Assembly (NCBI GenBank): GCA_030141605.1
Contig: JAQGDQ010000003.1
Span: 1,984,001 to 2,048,000 of the forward strand
From: Tubiluchus corallicola
Taxonomy: Eukaryota; Animalia; Priapulida
Length of the DNA: 64,000 nt
Direction of reading: 5' to 3'
Position numbers and translations under genes: made by a program. Positions within the stretch are counted from its first letter, which is position 1; each line of letters opens with the position of its first letter. The notes beneath the pieces are model-generated. The model worked only from the letters and a program-made list of their open reading frames with translations, was not told the DNA's origin and did not search any database. Positions 27,205-41,040 of this stretch are shown in pieces.

Positions 27205-28709
27205 CAGTAGTACCTCTGTTTTCGACCATAATTCGTTCCTAAAAAGTGTTTGAAAACCGATTTGGTTGAGAACCGAATCATTTATTCCCATAAGCAAATA
27301 ATCCGTTCTTAAGCACCAAATGAACTGTAAAGTATTACTAAAACGAAATATAATAATGCAAAAATGTTATTCAAACAGAAGATATGATATAATTGATAAG
27401 AAAAACATAATAGAATTACTTTGAAAGAAAAACATAATTGTTCCTGCATGAAAATGCGAGAAAAGTAAACGTAAAAAGCACTTAGCGATGTTAGGGCAAT
27501 TCAAATGTTGTGTGTGACTACTTTCGGGCGCGGTCGGTTACGCTCGGCTCTGCTCGGCTCGCCGTGCATGCGTTCATCACGTTATTATATTTTTTATTAT
27601 ATTAATTCTTTATTTGTCATTAAAATGGTTCACTCATTATAATAAAATTGAGTAAGCCTCAGCGTAATGTTAAAATAACAACACTGTTCAAGACAAATGC
27701 GTCCAGTGCATACTAAAAAAAACTAAAGTGCAAAACTAAGGCCTAATTATATACAATAAATGAACATATTTACAAACACCATATTAAAATATTTTTACAA
27801 AACAATATTACAAAAGTACATTAAATTTTACATGACATATTTTACACTATATATACATTTGACATGACACAATTAAGAGAAACATGCTTTACATTACATA
27901 AATTTCACTCATTACATTTACACTATTTATACATTTGACATTACAAAACTAACATAACACGTATTACACTACATAATTTTTTTTTAAAAAATTCATTTTT
28001 AATCGTTTATGGAGTCAGGGGCGGGGGTAGATGAAAGTTGAGTCTGTGTAATTAGTATGAGATGCACAATGTGGAAGTTGAAACCTGTTATATTGATATT
28101 CTTTTAATTTCTTTTTAAAGTGGTGGAGAGATTCTATTTGTTTTATTTCACTGGGTAGTAAGTTCCATAAATGTATGGCCTGTTTTGATATAGAGTTATT
28201 TCCAAATTTATAGTTTACTGTAATTTGCTTTAAATTGTGTGTTCTAGTGTTTAAAGTGGTATCAGGAATGAATGCTAAGGGATTGTTTATAAATGGAATG
28301 CTCAGTTTATTGATATATTTATAAAGAAATATCAGTGTTTTGTAATCTCGATCGGCTTCTAATATTGGTATTTTTGTGGGCGTTCTTAAGCTTGTTGCAG
28401 AAGCAGCATGTTGTTTAGCAGCTTTGTTAGAGTAGCCATGAATTAATCTAAGTGCGTAGTTTTGCATTGTATTTAGTTTTCTAAAGTTTTCATTTTTAAC
28501 GTTTTGAAGAAAAGTGCAACCATATAGATAATGTGGTAATATTAGACTTTTGTAGATGAGAATTTTTGTTTTCTTGGTTAGATGGAGTGTTTGGCGGTTG
28601 GTCGAGTACCGAAATTCTGGTCGAGAACGGAGACAATTTCAGCTCGAATTTTCTGGTCGAAAAGCGCTTTGTACGAATATGGAGACGTTCGACAACGGAG
28701 ATATGTCTG
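27205..28709. mobile_element. pogo/Tigger-like MITE interrupted by a LINE insertion
   Basis: TA|CAGTAGTACCTCTGTTTTCGACC at the left and GTTCGACAACGGAGATATGTCTG|TA at the right form imperfect TIRs with TA flanks; subterminal GGTCGA(G/A)AAC-like repeats occur in both halves. Confidence 0.6.
27582..28584 (-). mobile_element. 5'-truncated non-LTR retrotransposon (CR1/L2-group ORF2 C-terminus plus 3'UTR)
   Basis: Uninterrupted frame HLTKKTKILIYKSLILPHYLYGC...KLNTMQNYALRLI...LWNLLPSEIKQIESLHHFKKKLK (to stop at 28015), typical of the post-RT region of LINE ORF2; AT-rich 3'UTR ending AATAAAG...AATAAAAAATATAATAAC. Confidence 0.85.
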
Positions 28710-31186
28710 TATGCTGAAATATGCTGTTAAAATCAGAAAGAAATGTTACATAAACTTCTGCCTTATGGGATCATACTGATGTAAAATATCATTACATTTG
28801 TACAATTCCACTTTTCTAACAGTATAACTTTGTTTTTGTACTTTCCAGTATAACCATATCAGGGAATACTGTACTGATATGCTGTATCTGCAACACTCTT
28901 TTGCATGCTGAATTTTAGCGATAACTGCAGGATTTTTTTCAATAAAAAAAGCGGTAACAACACTTGGGTCTCTGATCTTAAAGGGGAAAATAACCTAATG
29001 CCAACGACGTGTGTAAGGATGTTGTAATTTGCAAAAGGAGTAAATCTACATCTACATTTGCCCTCACCGTCGGACAAAGCTAACTGAAGCCAATAGACTA
29101 GCTATCATGTAAATGCTGATATGACCTGTGATGCAACATGAAACCACCATGTCGCACACGCTGTCCTCATTATATTAAACGCATCTCTCACGCACAACAC
29201 TGGTATGCTCTCGAATAATTATCACGCCAAACTTGCATCTAACAGCATGGAAATTACAGCGAGAAGAAACATTATAAATTGTAGCCAATGTACGCAAATC
29301 GCTCGACGGCAATAAATAGTTTTCGCTGTGAGACTATTAAAAACAACTACTTTTTCGTATACATAGATTTGAGAGCCGTGATTGTCAAAAAATGATATTA
29401 TTAAAAACAAATTGGTTTTTAATTGGTACTTGGCTTTTACAAAGTAAATTGGTTTTTAATAGCAACTTAACGCTATTAAAATTATATCTGAATTGCAAGA
29501 AAATGAATTAGTTGAAACTTTTCTGACAAGAGACGTTCGGTCGAATTTCATCGTTAATTCCTGATGAAGCCTATGAAGATTTGACCATGATTTGGTACAA
29601 TAGAATGATTTTAAGCGGTACACTCAACGCTAGTCTTGAATTTTCGCTTTTCAGTGACCTGTGAAATTCTCAAGAGCGCAGGAGACTGTATTGATGTTTG
29701 AATGATAATGACTGTAATTAGCAGTCACGTGACTACTCAAATGACAGGGACGCTGATAAGACTAGCAAGGTGTGCACAGCGACAATTACACGGCTGGTGC
29801 GGCTTACCTAATGGGATCTTGCGACTAATTACATTGTCAGAACGGTTAATTTTCAGCCTCCCTGGCTTCAGCGATTAGCTCACGATCTGAGCGGGTCCTT
29901 TTAACTTACTCCATTAGGCATTCCAAGAACATCAGAGAAGGCAGTAACTCTTTATGCTCACAACAGTAAGGTGAGTTGACTTGGAGTTGCTCGTTATAAA
30001 AACGGGCTAGATATGAATGAAAAGTCGATTATTCGATACACAAATTGTTGTGGTGCTATTCGCTTAGGCGAAGGATCGATTCATCGATAGGCAGGTCATA
30101 TCTGAGAAGTTTATGATCTGCAAACACAACGTCACGATTCAGTGGTTTTATGGGCGGCCTGTTCATTAATTATATTATCTGCTCATTAGCTATATCCATT
30201 CATTAACTGGATCTAAGAACGCACCTATAAAATCGCTGCTCGTTTGCTATGATAACTTCTTAGCCTGCTTTCTCGTCCACTCACTTGTTTTTCTTTTGCT
30301 AATCCATTCATTCTTTTGCTTTCCCTCCTATTTGTTTGATTAGTTTTTTGCTCGTTGCTCGCTTATATATTCATTCTTTTATTCATTTCTTCGAAGTTGT
30401 TTATTTATTGTTTGTCCGTCCGTCCATTCGTGCATTTGTCTATTAATGTCTCACAAAAGAATGGATGAATGAATGAACGATGAATGAACTAATGAATGAA
30501 TGAATAAATAAATGAATGAATGAATATGTGGGTGGATAGATAAAGAAATAAATAAATGAAAAATAAGAAAAGGCATAAAGGTGTCAGCTGTGATACTTAT
30601 ACTAAACATTTGCGGTCTTTACCAACTGTTTGCATTTTCTTGGGATTTTAAAGACATTTTACGCTCAATTAGCTATATAATTATTCATAATTACTAAAAT
30701 GTGCATAAAAAGCAGAGCACTAGAATTATAACTGCCATAAAAGTTGATTATAGTCAAAGAACGCCCATAAAAGTGCACGCCATTGTGTCCTAAAAATAAA
30801 AGTAGCCTTACGTTCCAAAACCCGAAATAAAAAACTTACTTAAAAATATATGAGTTTATATTGCTAATTGTCATTCAGGTTTGTTGGAAAGCCCTTGACA
30901 AGTGCGCTCAAAAGCTCTGAATCCGTACTACTCAATAAGATGGACCACTGAACGCCTTAACGTCGTTGCCTTTTAACAAGTACATACTAAATTGCTGAAT
31001 TTGGGAAAAAAGACCCAAATGATATGCAGTACCGGTATTGTGTTAGTAATAAAAAGTACACTAGTATTAATAACTTATTTGTTTCTTGTTGCCAGAATTA
31101 ATCCTAAAGCCTCGCTGAAGCAGCACGTTCGGCAAAAACATTCGAAAAAGAAAAGCAGTTTTAAGCTCACGTAAAAAGAACCATAT

Positions 31187-31897
31187 ATCGGGTCGAGCAG
31201 AAAAAATGTGCCGAAGTTTAAAACCAAGTGCACTACAAAGTTTTAATTTCACAACATGATACTACAATAAATTAATTTTTTCCTGCGAAAGTTACAAGTT
31301 TATAGTTTTGCCAATTTCAAAGTTATGGTTGAAAAACTTTAGCATGTTAAAGATTTAAATGCCGAACTAATGTCAGCTAACCAACAATCTCGAAAAACAG
31401 TTACGTTAATGTTAATAAAACACTTAGTAAAATGGCAACAAAATAATGAAGAAACAGCGAGTTTACATCATGGTCTTCACCTCAGAAAATAAAGCACTGG
31501 TAAGGATTTGTTGTCAGGAAAAAATTGAATTTAATCCTCTGGACTATAGTATCTGAAATCCCATTAAAGAGAAAGTACACTATGGCTGCACAAAGCCGTT
31601 TCGTGCCGAGGAAATAAAGGCAAAAATTGTTATTGTTAGTAGAAACGTTTTCGCTTAGTTTGCAGTAAAAATGGTAAACATTTGTTGGTGAACAGGGTAT
31701 TATCAGCAAACTTGAGAATAGTGGCACACATTTTTTCCACTTGTTGTATTAAAACATCTATATCTTCAGAAAAATGTAAGTGAATGACCTAAGATCTTTG
31801 ATGCTTATTTACAAGTGTAGTAATTTTTAAGCGGCACCGTTATTTTCTTCTTATAATATCGTGATGAAAACTTCGGTAAATTTTTGCGTTACCATAT
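31187..31897 (+). mobile_element. Internally deleted Tc1/mariner-superfamily element, copy 1
   Basis: Imperfect TIRs (GCAGAAAAAATGTGCCGAAGTTT / AAACTTCGGTAAATTTTTGC); transposase relic EFNPLDYSI*NPIKEKVH at about 31528-31582, matching (S)PDLNPLDYxxW..K.KVY. Confidence 0.7.
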
Positions 31898-34800
31898 AAT
31901 TAAGCCTATTTCGCACGCTTTCTTTTGCATTACCACAAATTTACACTACAAAACTAATTGTTACAGAATTTCTGAACAGCATTTACCTGATAGTATCAGA
32001 ATTCCTCTTCAAGAGTAAAATGACTATAAAATACCATTAGCAGAGGATTAACAAAACTTTGTAATTGGTACAACCAAAACTTATCCAACCAAGTTGATTT
32101 TTCTTCTACTGTTACACAGGTTCACTGCAACTTCACTATCACTGAAGCGCGTAATTGTTACGTAATAATTATGAGCCATTCTACGGTGACTGTTTATCAC
32201 TATTAGGTACCAATAGGCCTATATGTCCGGTGCAAACGTTCTACATCAGTGATTACTTTACTCGCTACAATAGCACCACGATATTACAATAATCGATTGG
32301 ACACCTCACCTATAGAGATGTGTATCTTCATCAATGCTTCTGTTTGCTATCCAAGCGAAGACCTATTGCACCCGATAACAGCAGCTCACTCGTGCTTTTC
32401 TCTTGCTGATTATTTGCGCGCTTACCTATTTTGTCTGCACTGTCTGCGCACTGAAAGTTTGCTCCGGCCAGGTTATGTAATAAGGACAATTTAATAATAA
32501 TTAGATTAGGTAACAACAGTAACTTTCTCTCTTGCCATAGAACCTACTTTTGACGTTTCGTCATTAGCCAAATCACTATTAGTAGCATCATTACGTTCAT
32601 CATTATCATCGTCGTCGTCATCACTTACTACCGTCGCCGCTACCACCGTCGTTGTCGTCGTCATCGTCATCATTTAACCGAGTGTGGTAATCTCTAGCAA
32701 ACTCCGAAGGATCACATACTGCAGAGCTTTCTGGAGGCTTTTCTAGAAGTCTCATATACTGAACATATTTTGAGGGTTGTAGGATTTTTGCAGTTAATAA
32801 AAAAAATCTGGTTAATGTGGTTCGGTAATTCGGAGTTTGTATCAAAATTCAAAATTCTTAAATTGTAGGCGTGCGTAGAACACTTGGTGTTCATTGTTCA
32901 GACTCGAGGATTTTGTTAAAGTTTTATCTAGACATCTATTTCGCAATTTATAAGTTGACCCTAGACGAATGAAAAACCCACAAATCATCATCTGGTTTTG
33001 CTGCCTTTCTTTCCCTTTTTATTGTCTTTTTTATATTATACCCGAGAAAAGCTTAATCTATTAAGGTTAATTTCTTTCCATTTCGCTTTTTTCTCTATGA
33101 AATATATAAGAACAAATGCATCACCATTCCAACTAGGTAAAACCTGGAAGTTGTGCAGTAACTAGAGGCAATGATACATTATTTGCATTGCAAATACACT
33201 TACCTATATTAATGTGCAAATACAAGAACTATGTCAGCTTCCAAAATCAGTACGAGTGCACGATTTTTAATGCAGGCGAAACAGTTCGTTCACTCAGACA
33301 TTACACAAGCAAGAAGCCCAGTTCTACGACGCGTATTTCATTTTTATCAAAATAACTTTATTTAACATTGTCTATGGCTTTTGTAACAGTTTGCTATAAC
33401 AGTTGGTACACCTAAGCTTGCTATAAATGAATGTTCCAAAACGCACAGATAGGTTTTTTCTTTTCTGCACTTTTGTGCATCTGGATATCTGTGTTTTGCA
33501 GTCGTTAAGTTGAATGATTGAAAAATAAAACATCTTTCAATTAAAAACTCAGAAAAGCTGACGTAAGAAGCTAATATATTTTGAAGAGCGCTTGACTGCA
33601 TTCTAGTTCGTGAGACGACAATCAATGATTATAGTTCGTGCAAAAATGATGCAAAAAGATAAAGCTCGTGCATTGTGCGTGTATGGTTCTGCGCACCCTT
33701 TATTGCCATCATAAAGTATTGAGACATGACATAAATATGCTCTGCTGAATTTCTCAAGCATTTTAAACGATGATGCACAACCAGAAAAAGATAAGAAATT
33801 ATCCTCGTGGGTTCTGCAAAAGTAATCTTAATACAGCAACTACCAAACTCAACAAAAAGCACAAAGAGGATGAAGCTTTTAAAAAAGCCAGTGGTCTTGT
33901 CAGGGACGCTTCCGTCTGAGCACTTCAAGCACATTCAAATGCCAAACAGGAAAATAAACTAAAGACAAACTACAACAATAATTTAACTGCAAAATGGCAG
34001 GGTCATTGTTTCGTCAAACCGTTTACAGCCTATTTTTTATTTTAGTTATTTCATTTACGTGATGATCAAATGGTCAAAATTACTAAAAAAAGATTTAGAA
34101 GTCCATGGCACATAATTGATTAAAAGTACATTGAATATGACGAACAATAATAAAAACACGGAAAATATAGTAAAATAATAAAAGCATTGTCATAAAACAT
34201 ACACAATCGTAGAAAATGCAAGATTTTGTCAACTACAGAAAGCTTCATTAAATTTTCAGATTTTTAAAAATTATCAAGCCTATATATACCCTTAATTCGT
34301 AATTATGTACCCTTAATTCGGCGTAATTGCAGCGGCAAAGACTTCCACAGTTTGAAGGCAGCAGAACTGAACCATTTATCGCCGCATGTGACAAGCCTGG
34401 TATGTGGGACTACAAGAATACTTCTGTTTGAGCTAGATCTTAAAGGACAGCAAAAGAGGTACCTGAAATAGGTTTCAGAAAAATTGCCTTAAAAATTATA
34501 TTACTTTATTGCAATTTTATGTATATATCGTACTCGCGTTAAAAGGAATTTTTGTTTGTTTTCATTTTAAATCTCCATGCAAATCTGTATTACTTAGCAT
34601 TTCGCTTACCTGCTGGAAAGACTTATGTAACTGGAAATAATAATTTAAAATGTTCGTGCCAATTGGTAAAATGTCGTTGGCTCACCCTCCAGGGAGGGCC
34701 ACTCACTAACCAAAAACGTGTTTTTAATCTTATTGACAAGATACAATCGTTTAAAATTTTACTCAGTTAATATGTGTGCTACGAATGCTCTGATTATTTT

Positions 34801-36730
34801 TTTTTAAACTTCACGCAATGTTATCTAAACTTGGATTAGACGATCTACCGTCAAAATGGCTGCTGCATAAATTTACATAAGTTTTATACAGTATTACTGC
34901 CGACGCAAACCCTACATGCAAAAAGGCAGTATGTAAGTGGTATAAAATATCAAGATGAATTTCTAAGCTTATGTAAGTGGAGGGTTTTCTTGTGCTTTAA
35001 TGCTATGTAGGAACCCGACCATTGATTACTTTGTAAGTTATCAAATTTATTTTAAATATAATTCTATAATCAACTGGCAACCAGTGCAATATTTTGATTA
35101 TTGAAATGATAAAATGAAATGGTCAAGTTTCCGACAGCGAGTGATTAATCTAGCAGTTGAATTTCCCGCGTCCCAATACAGTTAAAAGCTTATCGAAACA
35201 ATCACGCCAGACGACTGCTAAGTCTACATATAGGATTAATTACTGTCAAAATCATAATTTCTTAATACGCAGCTTTCCACAAATTTTTAATAGGAATGAA
35301 CGTGGATGCCTCATATTGATTGTTTAGGAAAACTTGAGCAATCAGTTGAACAGGCTGAATGCGCACGGCTATTATGTGAAAAAATTGAAGTAATTCTAAA
35401 TTTTGTTTTTGAAATAGCAAAAGTTTATGCTGTTATTTATTCCTAGAATATTTACAGTTTTGAAACATTTTCAATTACGTATTCTTTTACTTGTTCATTT
35501 TTAACTCGTTGCACAATATGACTCCTGTATTTCGATAGAATATGTTATGAACCTTCGTGGGCTATTACATTTTTGCAACGTTAATAAACATTTACAAATT
35601 TTTAAAACTATTTATAGAATTAGACTTTGCATAAAAATTATTTCAATTTAGGTTTAAATTATTGTGGTCGCATTCCTGCCGTAACATTATTAGTATAATT
35701 TTTTCTGCTTTGACGGTTAAGAAAAATGCGTTTCTTTTATACAAGCATGATTTCAGGATAGGGTGAAAAATTAAACTGCAAACCATACTGCATAAACTTC
35801 CGACAGAATGTATAAAATGCCAATTTGTAGTTTGGTATTTCTAAGCGTTCTTGCGATAGATTAATTAAAACGTTACTTGCGTAGAGTTGGCAGATTACAT
35901 AATACGTAGAAATCGTAGACAATACGAAGAAACGCAAAAATTTTATAAGGAAATATTTCTTCATATATATGATAGGAGACTATTTTCACATGCGTCTGAA
36001 AAATAAAATTGCGGTAAAAGTACACAACTGAGATAGATTGACTTCATCGGTGTCTTTCTCTGCAGTTTTTATGTGAAGATGAAAAGCTCAGTGGCTCGGG
36101 CAAAAAATTACCTGCTTATCACTTAAGTGTACGTAAGTTACTAACCTTGTCAAGTTTTGCCCAGTTGAATGTTTGACGTGGTTCTTAGTTAAGCTAGCAT
36201 CTTAACTAATTAAATTTTGTTTGATAACCGGCAAGCCTTCTGTTATGTTGATTCAGCAACTACTAAGATTGCAAAAACACGTAAAACATTTCGGTTTAAA
36301 TTTTTGTACTGCGTCATCTGTAATATTATGACAGTTAAAAAGGCCTTCGTTACTTTTGTATAACTTCCGTTATTGTAAAAAACGCTGAAAATTGAAAATG
36401 TATAGCGAATGTCATAGACTTATTTGACTGCTAATATTAGCTTAACCATGTTAATCATTCACACAAAAAAAGCTGAAGAAGAAACGGCAGTTTTATCTAA
36501 CATTGCGTAAACTAATTTGAAAATGTCAGCTGCATGCCTTTCATTAATGAGCACTGCCAAGGGCGTTTTCATCACAGCACTAATTTCCACTAGAATTTGT
36601 TTAATTTTGCAGAAATATTTGATTGTGTGCTGTTAATATCACCACTCGCTGTGACAGTGATGTTTGTTATCACCACACCAGCGAAAAGGGCAGCACCAGG
36701 TGGGGCGATAGCACAACGTGAAAAATGAAC

Positions 36731-36896
<166 letters not shown>

Positions 36897-37048
36897 TTAT
36901 TTGCTGACTGGCTCAACATTGTATATGACAAATAGTTGTTGACAAATCAAAACAAAAGATCGCTATACAAAGTTCAATTTGACAAAACTATTCATTTAAC
37001 TTAAAAAAGTCAAAATTCCATTTAAAAAACTAGCGCTTAAACAAAAAC

Positions 37049-37913
37049 TTAACGGATGTGTAGAACAAAATTGCCAACATTGCCAACATTGGTCGTGATG
37101 TTCGCACCAGCATTATTATATGGTAAGTGTAGCCTACCACAGTCACTGCTGTAGTGTCGCCATCTTGCGGGCTATATTCAACTTATTGAAACTTATTCCT
37201 ACTTCAGTTCCAGTGTCAAAGCCGTGCGGTGTGTAAAGCAAGTCTATCTATTTCTTTTACTCATAGTCCTTAAGAGACCTGTCTGCAACCCATTGTCACT
37301 GTTGCGCTATTAGACTAGAGCTGCTACTCCGTTCCGATTGTCAGCTTCTGTGGTTGTCAAACCAGATTTTGTACTTAATTTTTTCTATATGAGTGTACGA
37401 GAGTATAGACTGGAGTTGCGTGTGGACATGTAGGCTCATACAGTATGTCATGACAATTTGAACAGTTGCCTTTTGATTTTAATGGATGTGTGGAACAAAA
37501 TTGCCAACATTGGTCTTGATGTTCCCACCATCATTATTATATGATTTGGTGTAGCCTACCCTAGTTACTGCTGTAGTGTCGCCATCTTGCGGGCTGTATT
37601 CACATTATTGAAATTTATTCCTACTTTAGTTCCAGTAACTTCTGTAAACAAAGCCGTGCGGTGTGTAAGGCAAGTCCATCTATTTCTTTTAATCATAGTC
37701 CTTAAGAGACCTGTCTGCAACCCATTGTCACTGTTGCGCTATTAGGCTAGTGCTGCTACTCTGTTGGGATTGTTATCCTCTGCGGTTGTCAAACCAGATT
37801 TTGTCCTTGATTTTTTTCTGTATGAGTGTACAAGAATATAGATTAGATTTGCGTGTGGACACGTAGGCTCATACAGTATATCATGACAATTTGAACAGTT
37901 CCCTTTTTTATTT
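37049..37913. repeat. Direct tandem duplication of a ~430 bp unit
   Basis: 37049-37478 and 37479-37913 are colinear with scattered substitutions and small indels (e.g. CATAGTCCTTAAGAGACCTGTCTGCAACCCATTGTCACTGTTGCGCTATTAG is in both). Confidence 0.95.
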
Positions 37914-38446
37914 TATCGCAATAGTTCTTCTGTTAGTTACATTTAATTTATTGCTGTCTTTAATCGTTAGTAATTCTACCAAATCGTCTGGGTCGTATGT
38001 GCATGAAAAGTTTATTGAAATAAATAATAAAAATTTTGATTTGAGACAAAACAATTATTGCTTCAATATCATTGACTTGCTATATAAATTGAACTTGCAT
38101 TTCACTGGCTTCTTGAGTACTATGCACGTGGTGCTCCCTTGTGCAATTATTTGTCATTTCACCTAATCGACTTGATTTTACTCGAACCTGTCAAAACTTG
38201 TAATACTGTTCATACGACGGACATTCGCTAATAAATTTGACCCTAATCTTTAAACATGCAGCGTAAGGGAGGAAATTTCACAAGGGGCGAAATAAATTTG
38301 CCCTGAAAATTTTCTAAATTGCGCTAGCCTGCTATGAGTGATTTCCAAATAAGGGCAAACAACGGGTCACATACTTGTACAAAAATGTCAAAACAATCAA
38401 AATGCTTGTGTTTAGAGGCCTGTATATTTATTATTTATTTATATTT

Positions 38447-39195
38447 ACATAGAGAGACGCAGAAAAAATGTGCCGAAATTTAGACTACAATAATATTACA
38501 GGCAAGTACCGTACAAACTTGAAATTTCACAGGGTAATGTTACAAGACATTAGCTTTTGACTGTGAAAATTAGTTTATAGTTGCACTTCTTTTTAATTTA
38601 TGGTTAAAAAAAATTTCGCGTACTTAAAAAATTAAATGTCAGAACCATGTCAGTTATAATCACCACTGAAAAACAGCTGCGTTGTCATATAAGTCATTTA
38701 ATACATGGCAGCAAGTTAATAAAGAAGTCAATCAATTTACATCATGATTTTTACGACAGAAAATAAAGCAGTGATAAAGATTTGTAGCCAAGAAAAATGG
38801 GACTTAAGACTTTGGGTTGCAGAACTTGGAATTCCTTAAAGGAAAGTGTACAATGGCCGGAGGCGTTTGATGCAAAGAAACCAAGTACCCCTTAAAGAAA
38901 AGAAAAACTGAATTAGCTGTTGGAAGAAATACCTTCGGTCTAGTGGACACACAGAGCGTTTGCTGCAAATTTAAACAACAGTGACACGAAATTTTTTCTT
39001 TTGACTTGTTGATTTAAAACTTCTGTATCTTTTGATAAATTAGGGAATGGCCTAAACTTTTTAGCGTTTACCCAGAAACATCTGTATTATCAACGTGGTA
39101 TTTGCGAGCGATTGGGTTATTTTATCGTGATAATATAATATCGTTCTTATAATATCGTGATCAAAACTTCGACACATTTTTTGCACCACCTGTGA
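38447..39195 (+). mobile_element. Internally deleted Tc1/mariner-superfamily element, copy 2
   Basis: Same TIR (GCAGAAAAAATGTGCCGAAATTT / AAACTTCGACACATTTTTTGC) and colinear internal similarity to copy 1 (e.g. TTTACATCATG...CAGAAAATAAAGCA; ATAATATCGTGAT). Confidence 0.7.
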
Positions 39196-39229
39196 TATAT
39201 ATCTGTATTTTCTTTCAATAATAAATTTT

Positions 39230-39730
39230 TGAAGTTCAAGTTTTTCGGCCTTTACTAAGCAATCTGATGACCGTGACAATTGAATTTTTTAATGCTCAAC
39301 TAGAGTTCAGACGCCTATCTGCTGTATAAATTTCGTGGGAAATGGATCAGTGATCTTAGAGAAATAGTGAGGAAACATAGACAGACACACAGATAAAAAT
39401 TCCACAATTTGGCTTAGGAACTTTTAGATAATTATCCGCCGTACCGCAGTAGCAAGCTTCATCTTCATTACCTTAGCGGTTTTCGGGGAAGTAGATTTTG
39501 AATCCAGAAACTTGCAATTTTAGAAGTTAAAGTTTTTAAAAGGCCGTTGCTATGCAACTGCGGTAAATGGAAATTTTTGCTGCTCAATTACTCAGTACGT
39601 TTGGTTGGCTCGGATCAGCAATCTCGGAGAAAGATAGGCAGACAAACAAACAGACACCAGTCTGTTAATCTCGTACTTTTTGTGTTAGACCAAGAAAATA
39701 TCACGACACCAATGCGCATTAGTATAGTTT
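39230..39730 (+). mobile_element. DINE-1/HINE-like non-autonomous element remnants
   Basis: Two stretches of the type AAATTTCG...GGATCAG...GAGAAA...(ACAG/ACAA)n followed by an AT-rich end, as recalled for Helentron-associated elements. Confidence 0.35.
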
Positions 39731-40019
39731 AAAAAACTGATAATTAATTAAGTTTATTGGTCCATTTTACTTACAATAATATTGTATATTACATTATTAT
39801 TGTTACGTCGTCTAACACATAATTGTGAGGTGGAGGTTTTCAACTTAAAATGTAATATCTTTACTCTTTGCAGTTTGCAAGAAATGAATAGCAGGAATAA
39901 CTTACAAGTTAACCAAACCTTATCACCCAAAATGTGCAGGAAATTAAAATGCTACAAAATCTACAGTCTATAAGCCCATCTATATGCAAGATAAAATTCC
40001 TGCCAAAGCTATGCCACTG

Positions 40020-40023
<4 letters not shown>

Positions 40024-40066
<43 letters not shown>
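40024..40066. repeat. (TA)n microsatellite
   Basis: Directly visible. Confidence 0.95.
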
Positions 40067-40067
<1 letters not shown>

Positions 40068-40956
40068 CTTATTTTCTAAGAATCGACTTTATATGAGAAT
40101 TAGTAGGTTTTGTCTACTATTTTGCTAAATCTGATCGTACTATCAAAATTCTTTTCAGATTTTTTCAATCTGTCATGATTTCCCTCAATATAGTTTTAGT
40201 TTTTACGTTTTTACATTTTGCTCTGTAATTAGAGGCTTTTATTGATGATAGAATGCTGTCATTCCGAAATGTGGGAAATATTTCACCAAAATTTATCCTT
40301 GAATGACTTAACAGCCATTCTTATGATCGTCTAAAGTGGCTTTTATTAATGGAGTTAGGCACTAGTTGGTATAAACTTAACTAATAGCTAGGTATTAGTT
40401 ATATAGATTATACTAAGTGTTATGCATTTCTTTCTTCTCCTTGTCGTCCACAATCGTTGTGATTCTAAAATCTAACTTTAAATGTTTGTTTCTAAAGCCT
40501 TAAATTATAGTTGGCATTAATCACACCGATGAACAGATGTAGCTTCGGGGGCTCGCCTAATGACTACCGAAATATTATGTGTTTGAATAAAATCCGTCCA
40601 TTGACCCATTCATTTCTGCTCAGCATTTTATTAAAAATTTGTTTTTTTCAAAATGCAGTTCAAAATGCATTCCTGAACTGTTCAAAATGCAGGCATCTAT
40701 TAGTAATTTTTATTCTTGCTTAAGTATCAAAACACTCTTTTTTGTAAAGTAAGAATGAATAGCCATGAAGAATCATGATAATTAGTTAAGATTATAATAA
40801 AAAGTCAACTGGTTACGCTACTATGAATTGATCTGGTTTGGCCTGACCTGATTGGCATGATTTGGCGCCACCTAACTGAGCTGACCTAACGTACTGTGAC
40901 TTTGCCTGACCTAAAGTGGTTTGATCGTACATTATCTGTTATCATAAACAGACAAC

Positions 40957-40974
40957 ATAATAATAATAATAATA

Positions 40975-41040
<66 letters not shown>

